A DNA stretch of 41,272 bases from a virus (taxonomy: Duplodnaviria > Caudoviricetes): positions 1 through 41,272 of IMG/VR virus record IMGVR_UViG_3300033475_000686. One strand, written 5' to 3'. Positions 36,656 through 41,272 of the stretch are shown here, in pieces; the stretch's first letter is position 1, and each line of letters opens with the position of its first letter. Made by a program: the position numbers and the translations under genes. The notes beneath the pieces were generated by a model. That model saw only the letters and a program-made list of their open reading frames with translations. It made no database searches and had not been told where the DNA came from.

Positions 36656-36868
36656 TCACAGGTCACTCCGCTCCGGGTACGGCTTCACGTCGACCTCGAA
36701 GCCGGCGGCCTTACAGGCCTCAGAGATGATGTTGACCAGGTTGTTCGCCCGGCCAGCCTCCTTGCCGTCCTGCTCTTCCATGTGCTCCCAGTCACTCTTG
36801 GCCCACCAGTCTTCGGGCGTGGGCACCTCGATGCCGCTCTCGTGCGTGACGAGGATCTGGATCTGCAT
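36656..36868 (-). CDS. hypothetical protein
   Basis: RBS GAGGAGGAG. Confidence 0.6.
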   Translation of the reverse strand: MQIQILVTHESGIEVPTPEDWWAKSDWEHMEEQDGKEAGRANNLVNIISEACKAAGFEVDVKPYPERSDL

Positions 36869-36877
36869 GTCTCCTCC

Positions 36878-37093
36878 TCAGACCAGGTCGTTCCACCACT
36901 CGCAGGTCTGGCACCCTACGCGAACGAATGCCGTACCTGCCATGTGCTCGTTGATGACGAGCTGCACCGTCACCAGGTGACCCGGATTCCGGATCGCGTG
37001 GTTCGGCGCGTCATCACCCTGTTCGGGATCGTAGTAGAGCGGCACCTGTCGTCCGGTGCTGTCCTCTACGGTCTTCGGCATCTCTTGCTGCAT
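36878..37093 (-). CDS. hypothetical protein
   Basis: RBS AGGAGG. Confidence 0.55.
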   Translation of the reverse strand: MQQEMPKTVEDSTGRQVPLYYDPEQGDDAPNHAIRNPGHLVTVQLVINEHMAGTAFVRVGCQTCEWWNDLV

Positions 37094-37111
37094 GCCTGCC
37101 TCCTACTAGGA

Positions 37112-37173
37112 CTGAGTGTCCTTGGCCAGCCTGGGAACGCCTTGCGGCGCCCCAGGCTCACCAGATGGACTCA
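37112..37173 (-). repeat. purine-G mismatch hairpin variant with GCAA loop
   Basis: UGGU-G-AGCCUGGG..CGCC-GCAA-GGCG..CCCAGGCU-G-GCCA. Confidence 0.6.
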
Positions 37174-37725
37174 GGCCTCGACGAGCTCGTTCACGGGCTC
37201 GCTGTCGGTCTTGCCCTCGGTCTCGCCGGCCAGCTCCTTCGCGAGCTGCTCGGCCTTCTTCGCGGCGCGGTTCGCCTCCCGGCTGATGTAGTTCTCGGCC
37301 CAGGCGGTGATGACCGCGACGCTGACCTGCCACTTGCCCTCGTCGTTCTTGAAGGCGCCCTTCCGCTCACCCTCGGGCTTGCCGTCGTGCAGCAGGCCCT
37401 TGCCGGCGTACTGGTACAGCATCTGCGCCGGCAGGACGCGCGGCTTGGTGGCGTCCTTCTTGTCCTTGAGGCCCGCCTCGGCCAGGAGGGTGTTGACCAG
37501 CTCGGTCGCCTTGAAGGGCGACAGGTAGGTCTTCTCCGGGTCGGCCTCGGCGATCTCGGGCTCGGTGCCGTCCTCCTCCTCGGTCTCGACGGTCTCCTCC
37601 TCGACGCCCTCGTCCTCGCGAACGGGGTCGGTCTCGGGAGCCGCCTCGGCCTCGGTGGCGTCCACGACGTCGTCGATGGAGACGTCGTCGGTGGTGGCGA
37701 GCTCGGACTGCGTGGTCTCGGACAT
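37171..37725 (-). CDS. Xis-like winged-helix protein with acidic N-terminus (paralog of 25526-26089)
   Basis: YLSPFKA...PAQMLYQY...ITAW...RAAKKAE; extreme GC3; RBS AGGAG. Confidence 0.7.
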   Translation of the reverse strand: MSETTQSELATTDDVSIDDVVDATEAEAAPETDPVREDEGVEEETVETEEEDGTEPEIAEADPEKTYLSPFKATELVNTLLAEAGLKDKKDATKPRVLPAQMLYQYAGKGLLHDGKPEGERKGAFKNDEGKWQVSVAVITAWAENYISREANRAAKKAEQLAKELAGETEGKTDSEPVNELVEA

Positions 37726-37835
37726 GACTAACTCCTGTTCTGACCGCGTACTCTGTTTGTTTTGTCCGACGCGGCCGGGCACCAGATGGTCGGACACCAT
37801 CTAGCACCCTACTGAGTCGGACTAGGAGTTAAGTC
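37726..37835 (-). promoter_or_regulatory. structured 5' leader with anti-SD pairing and potential kissing loops
   Basis: GACUUAACUCCU (37824-37835) pairs with AGGAGUUAGUC (37726-37736); the two inner hairpins carry complementary loops GUCCG and CGGAC. Confidence 0.65.
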
Positions 37836-37873
37836 CCACTGTTCAGTTGTCAATCTTGCTCCTGTATACTTCT

Positions 37874-37904
37874 ATTATACAGGAGGCCCTAGCGCCCTAA
37901 TCAA
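37874..37904 (-). promoter_or_regulatory. sigma70-type promoter P6
   Basis: TTGATT-19bp-TATAAT with an upstream A-tract. Confidence 0.75.
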
Positions 37905-37910
37905 GGGGCG

Positions 37911-38213
37911 CTAGTCAAGATCTTTTACAATTTTTGCTACCTGCCCCAACAGCGTCGACATCGGGTGGACGCCCTCGCCCCAGTAGGCTTCCCACGAAGG
38001 CGAACCCACTGACATCATGCCCCAGCAGGTCACGTCTTCAGGCTCTTTCAGTGACCCATCCCTGAGGCGGTTCACCGTTTCCAGATGTTCGTCCACCACA
38101 TCGAAGATTCCGATGATGTGGCAACCATCACACTGCCAGAGGCCACTCTTCTCTTCTTCAGTCCAGGGCTCCAAGCCCACGGACCGCATGAGGTTGTCGT
38201 GTCTGTCACTCAT
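37911..38213 (-). CDS. hypothetical protein
   Basis: RBS GGGAGG. Confidence 0.6.
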   Translation of the reverse strand: MSDRHDNLMRSVGLEPWTEEEKSGLWQCDGCHIIGIFDVVDEHLETVNRLRDGSLKEPEDVTCWGMMSVGSPSWEAYWGEGVHPMSTLLGQVAKIVKDLD

Positions 38214-38224
38214 TGTAACACCTC

Positions 38225-38296
38225 CCCTCAGCCGGATGCACAACACCACACGGCTTTTGGAGCCCGTGGCGACGGTGTTGTGCATCCTGCTCAGGG
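38225..38296 (-). repeat. purine-G mismatch hairpin (family member)
   Basis: GC-A-GGAUGCACAACACC / GGUGUUGUGCAUCC-G-GC. Confidence 0.7.
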
Positions 38297-38665
38297 TCAG
38301 GCGCGGTGGCGGTCCTTGCCGAGGAAGTTCTTGCAGGTCGGCTCGTCACAGTACCGAGCGTCGGTGGCGTCCTCGACGTGCCCGCAGCTCTTCCAACGCG
38401 GCCCCTCGTTCAGGGACTGCGACGCGAGGAGGCGGTCCTCGTTCGACGTGTCCAGCCACTCGGAGAGCGCCTCGGGCGTGTCGAACTCGAGTCGGTGCAC
38501 CTGCGTGACCGGGTAGGTCACCGTGTCACCGTGCTCGTCGATGTGCGACTCCGAGCCGACGATGGTCACGATCGCCTCAGTGGCGTTCATGGCCACGACA
38601 GGGTCTACGAACTCGCGGTCCCTTTCGCCGGACTGCTCGTAGTCGTACGCGTCCAGATCCTTCAT
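38297..38665 (-). CDS. hypothetical protein
   Basis: RBS GAAAGGG; first gene after P7. Confidence 0.65.
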   Translation of the reverse strand: MKDLDAYDYEQSGERDREFVDPVVAMNATEAIVTIVGSESHIDEHGDTVTYPVTQVHRLEFDTPEALSEWLDTSNEDRLLASQSLNEGPRWKSCGHVEDATDARYCDEPTCKNFLGKDRHRA

Positions 38666-38693
38666 GATCGTCCCTTTCGACGATGTTTGTTGG

Positions 38694-38746
38694 CCGAACA
38701 GGCCAGACAGTTTATGGCTGAGCCATAGGCCATCCTACGTGTTCGG
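38694..38746 (-). repeat. purine-G mismatch hairpin (family member)
   Basis: CCGAACACGU-A-GGAUGG.. / ..CUGUCU-G-GCCUGUUCGG. Confidence 0.8.
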
Positions 38747-38836
38747 ACATATTGTTAGGCAGATGATTGGAATGTTAGTTGGTGTGCGGCTGTTGTTGTA
38801 GTTGTAGTCGGATTGAATTTTTGATTGTTTCTTTTT

Positions 38837-38867
38837 ATTATATATGGTGTCCTAGGGTCCGCCGCTA
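38837..38867 (-). promoter_or_regulatory. promoter P7 (perfect -10, atypical -35)
   Basis: TATAAT at 38837-38842; upstream flank AGGGGCGCT..TCAAGATCTTTT (plus-strand reading) is shared with P6. Confidence 0.6.
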
Positions 38868-38937
38868 GGGGCGCTCTTCAAGATCTTTTAAAAATTTTGT
38901 TGCCGTTCTTTTCCTGAAGGAAGTTTCGTTGGCAGGC

Positions 38938-38967
38938 TTGATTGGTCCTACATGATTGCTGTATAAT
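38938..38967 (+). promoter_or_regulatory. rightward promoter P8
   Basis: TTGATT-18bp-TATAAT, divergent from P7. Confidence 0.8.
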
Positions 38968-38992
38968 TGATACTAGAAACCAAGGAGGACTC

Positions 38993-39439
38993 ATGGGACG
39001 ACCGCGCCAACCCTTTTGCCCCGACTGCATCAAGGCAGGAGTGGAAGGGGTGCCCAAGGCATCTAACCGAGGCTACTGCAGGGAACACCACAATCTTCGG
39101 CAACTAGCGTACCACGAGGCAAACCAGTCGGGAACAGCTCCCGAAGAAAGCATGGTCGTTGTCCTCACGACCAAGCTAGTCCAGGCACGCGAACGCGCCA
39201 AGGAGCTAGAGGCCGCCCTTCTTTTCCTGAAGGAGAAGGGTGTCGACATTCAGCAACAGGAAGAGATGCTGAAGATTCAGGCCGAGAACCTCGAGCTCCG
39301 GCAGTGGAAGGAACGTGCCCTTAGGCACATCGAGAACCCTCGCGAACCCCATCCTGACGACAAGGACGCAAAGAGCCTGTTCCAACAGCAACTCGATGCC
39401 CTCAACGCGACTCTCGAACCCCCTTCCGGCAATGATTAA
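38993..39439 (+). CDS. Zn-finger / coiled-coil protein, the only convincing plus-strand gene
   Basis: RBS AAGGAGG; MGRPRQPFCPDC...YCREHH followed by a coiled coil. Confidence 0.75.
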   Translation: MGRPRQPFCPDCIKAGVEGVPKASNRGYCREHHNLRQLAYHEANQSGTAPEESMVVVLTTKLVQARERAKELEAALLFLKEKGVDIQQQEEMLKIQAENLELRQWKERALRHIENPREPHPDDKDAKSLFQQQLDALNATLEPPSGND

Positions 39440-39671
39440 TAGATGAATAGAAGTTTGTATCACCAGATTCTCACACACTTACTTCTTTACTACGTAACAT
39501 ACAGCTCCTCTCTCCCGTCCTCTACTACTCTCTAGTCATTACTATTTATAGGATAGTAACAAATAGATATATAGCACCCCGAGGACGTGGGGAGTTAGAG
39601 TTAGAGTCTTACGTAGTAGAGGTTTGAGTGTGTGAAAACTTAGTGATACAAACTTCCTTCCTTCTATTAAT
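39435..39671 (+). repeat. ~237 nt imperfect inverted repeat (rod-like hairpin), AT-rich
   Basis: Nested arms ATTAATAGA, GAAGTTTGTATCAC, TCACACACT, TACTACGTAA, GTCCTC and TTACTAT all have reverse-complement partners. Confidence 0.85.
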
Positions 39672-39729
39672 GTTTCAGCAGTTGTCACTGCCTGCAACAG
39701 CCTCAGACCACCACTGCAAAAGTCACAGA

Positions 39730-39753
39730 AGAAGTCCCAAAAGAAGTCCCAAA
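39730..39753. repeat. 12-bp tandem direct repeat
   Basis: AGAAGTCCCAAA x2. Confidence 0.7.
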
Positions 39754-39975
39754 AAGGCCTGAGTACGCTGCGGACCTGACACGTATGTTGTATGAATCAG
39801 TTTGAGGCGCGATGCTGTGTTGCTCTAGGTATAGGTCCGATGCGATAGTGCCGGCTCGTGACCTTCCCCCTTAGGAAGTGGTGCTCCTGTCCCATATGGG
39901 AAACAGTGACGTGGGAACGGAACACACCGCCCGTGTGGTTCTTTGCCTCCTTCTAGGGTCGGGGTTGGCCGTGGT

Positions 39976-40029
39976 CCTGAACTGACCAGGCAACGCTCCC
40001 CGAAGGGAGCGCCACCTTACCGGTTCAGG
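39976..40029 (-). repeat. purine-G mismatch hairpin (family member) with cUUCGg loop
   Basis: GGU-A-AGGUGGCGCUCCC-UUCG-GGGAGCGUUGCCU-G-GUC. Confidence 0.75.
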
Positions 40030-40105
40030 CTGCGGTCAGGAACACCAGCATGACGCAGTCGTAGTTGTGTGTACCGTCGTCGTGGTAGCAGTGTTCACAC
40101 ATGAC

Positions 40106-40495
40106 TCAGCCCTCGTTGCAGGTCGCGTCGTTCTTGGGGTCGGGCGTCGGGTCGTTGTAGTGCTCAGGGTTCAGCGACAGGACATCCTGCTCGTCGAACC
40201 CGCACACCATGACCCGCTTGCCCTGGTCGTCGACGGTCCAGGCCTTGAGGTACTCGACCTTCCCGTTCTTCAGGACCCGGAACGACTTGCCCTTGCCGTT
40301 ACCCCTGTGCTGGGCGTCCCAGTAGCACGGTCCGTCGGAGTCCTCCGTCTTGCACGGGGAACTCGAGGGCGTGCTCGTGACGCTCAGCGTCGGGACCGTC
40401 TGGACCTCGTTCGATCGCCACTCGTTGGCGAGGGCGAGCGAGGTCGTCAGCGTGGCGATCCCGGCCAGGGCGGTCGCGGCAACCAGCTTTCGCAT
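40106..40495 (-). CDS. secreted hypothetical protein
   Basis: Signal peptide; PCKTEDSDGPCYWDAQHRGNGKGKSF; RBS AGGAGGAG. Confidence 0.7.
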   Translation of the reverse strand: MRKLVAATALAGIATLTTSLALANEWRSNEVQTVPTLSVTSTPSSSPCKTEDSDGPCYWDAQHRGNGKGKSFRVLKNGKVEYLKAWTVDDQGKRVMVCGFDEQDVLSLNPEHYNDPTPDPKNDATCNEG

Positions 40496-40525
40496 GGCTC
40501 CTCCTATGAACTTGTTTCCATTGGC

Positions 40526-40582
40526 CTAGGCAGGCCACACCGTGTACGGCCTGCAGTTCCGTACACGATGCTACCGGTCTAG
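40526..40582 (-). repeat. purine-G mismatch hairpin (family member)
   Basis: GGU-A-GCAUCGUGUACGG / CCGUACACGGUGU-G-GCC. Confidence 0.7.
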
Positions 40583-40682
40583 TTCTACTTGTCCTTCGGA
40601 GGTTCGTAGATGGTCAGCTTCTCGTCATCGGCCTCGAGTACCTCGTAGCCGAGGTCCTCGAGCAGCTCCTTTTCCGGATCTT

Positions 40683-41075
40683 TCATCGTTCTGGCTTCCC
40701 CCACCTGATTCCGGTGAACCCGGTCTCCTTGCCGTGGCAGTAGTTCGAACCCATGTCGTTCGGTCCGACGTTCCGAGTCATGATCGACTCGTCTCCAGCC
40801 GCTACGCCCCTCCAATCCTGTTCCGCCTTGTCCGCGTCCCGCCACAGCGCCCTCGGGCCCTGCGGTTGGGCGAACGCGGCCCGCTGACGCGGACTGGCCA
40901 GCCTGGCCGTCTTCGGCTGATGATGCTTAACCGGGAACTCGAGTTCCTTCTGACGACGCGAGGCCTGAGCGAAGAACTCGAGGGCCAGGTTCGTCTGGAA
41001 ATCCTTCTCCCGCTTCAGCATCTCGGCCGGACTCAGCTGAACGGGACGACGCGCCCCGTACCTACGTCCGGTCAT
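40683..41075 (-). CDS. hypothetical basic protein
   Basis: RBS GGAGG; coupled to a small ORF at 40585-40686. Confidence 0.55.
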   Translation of the reverse strand: MTGRRYGARRPVQLSPAEMLKREKDFQTNLALEFFAQASRRQKELEFPVKHHQPKTARLASPRQRAAFAQPQGPRALWRDADKAEQDWRGVAAGDESIMTRNVGPNDMGSNYCHGKETGFTGIRWGKPER

Positions 41076-41272
41076 CCGAACCTCCGTATTTTGTTGTTCT
41101 CGGACGGAGCTGTCCGATTGGACGCGAGATCGATCGGACGGACCGATCTCGCATCCGAACTACAGCTCCTTGATCGTTCTCCAACCCTTCTTGACACTGA
41201 CCACGATGAGTGGTAGTCCGATGGGTAGTCCGAACAGTGTCGCTCCGACGAACACACCTACTAGGAGTAGTA

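Noticed and set aside
28-38728. Numerous long plus-strand ORFs in the ORF track
   Set aside because: They are antisense shadows of high-GC3 minus-strand genes, with no RBS, promoter or recognisable motifs.
41211-41233. GGTAGTCCGA direct repeat near the right edge
   Set aside because: Only two copies, and the context is truncated by the window edge.

Overview
This 41 kb window is a high-GC actinobacteriophage-like genome segment, almost entirely coded on the minus strand. The left part holds a 7-deazaguanine (preQ0) biosynthesis set: folE (cut by the window edge), queD and queC, with queE about 18 kb away. It also holds a replication/recombination module (RepB-type primase fused to a helicase-like domain, DUF669-like SSB, AAA_24/Sak4-like ATPase, PD-(D/E)XK exonuclease, SNF2 helicase), an NlpC/P60 hydrolase and a putative glycoside hydrolase. 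The right ~19 kb is a dense 'early' region of small hypothetical genes. Eight related sigma70-type promoters (TTGANN-18/19-TATAAT) are spread across the window. The most striking signal is non-coding. (1) A ~1.05 kb, almost fully base-paired minus-strand RNA (24475-25522) lies directly behind a promoter-proximal, Xis-like winged-helix gene. (2) At least ten intergenic hairpins share one architecture: a purine-G mismatch below an upper stem, usually 11-14 bp, most just upstream of an RBS. (3) A kissing-loop, RBS-sequestering leader precedes a paralogous winged-helix gene. (4) A ~237 nt rod-like inverted repeat follows the only plus-strand gene. (5) Several more structured intergenic elements are present. 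Together they suggest an RNA-centred regulatory or scaffolding system. All family assignments come from motif recognition by eye and all helices were paired by hand; no searches or folding programs were run.
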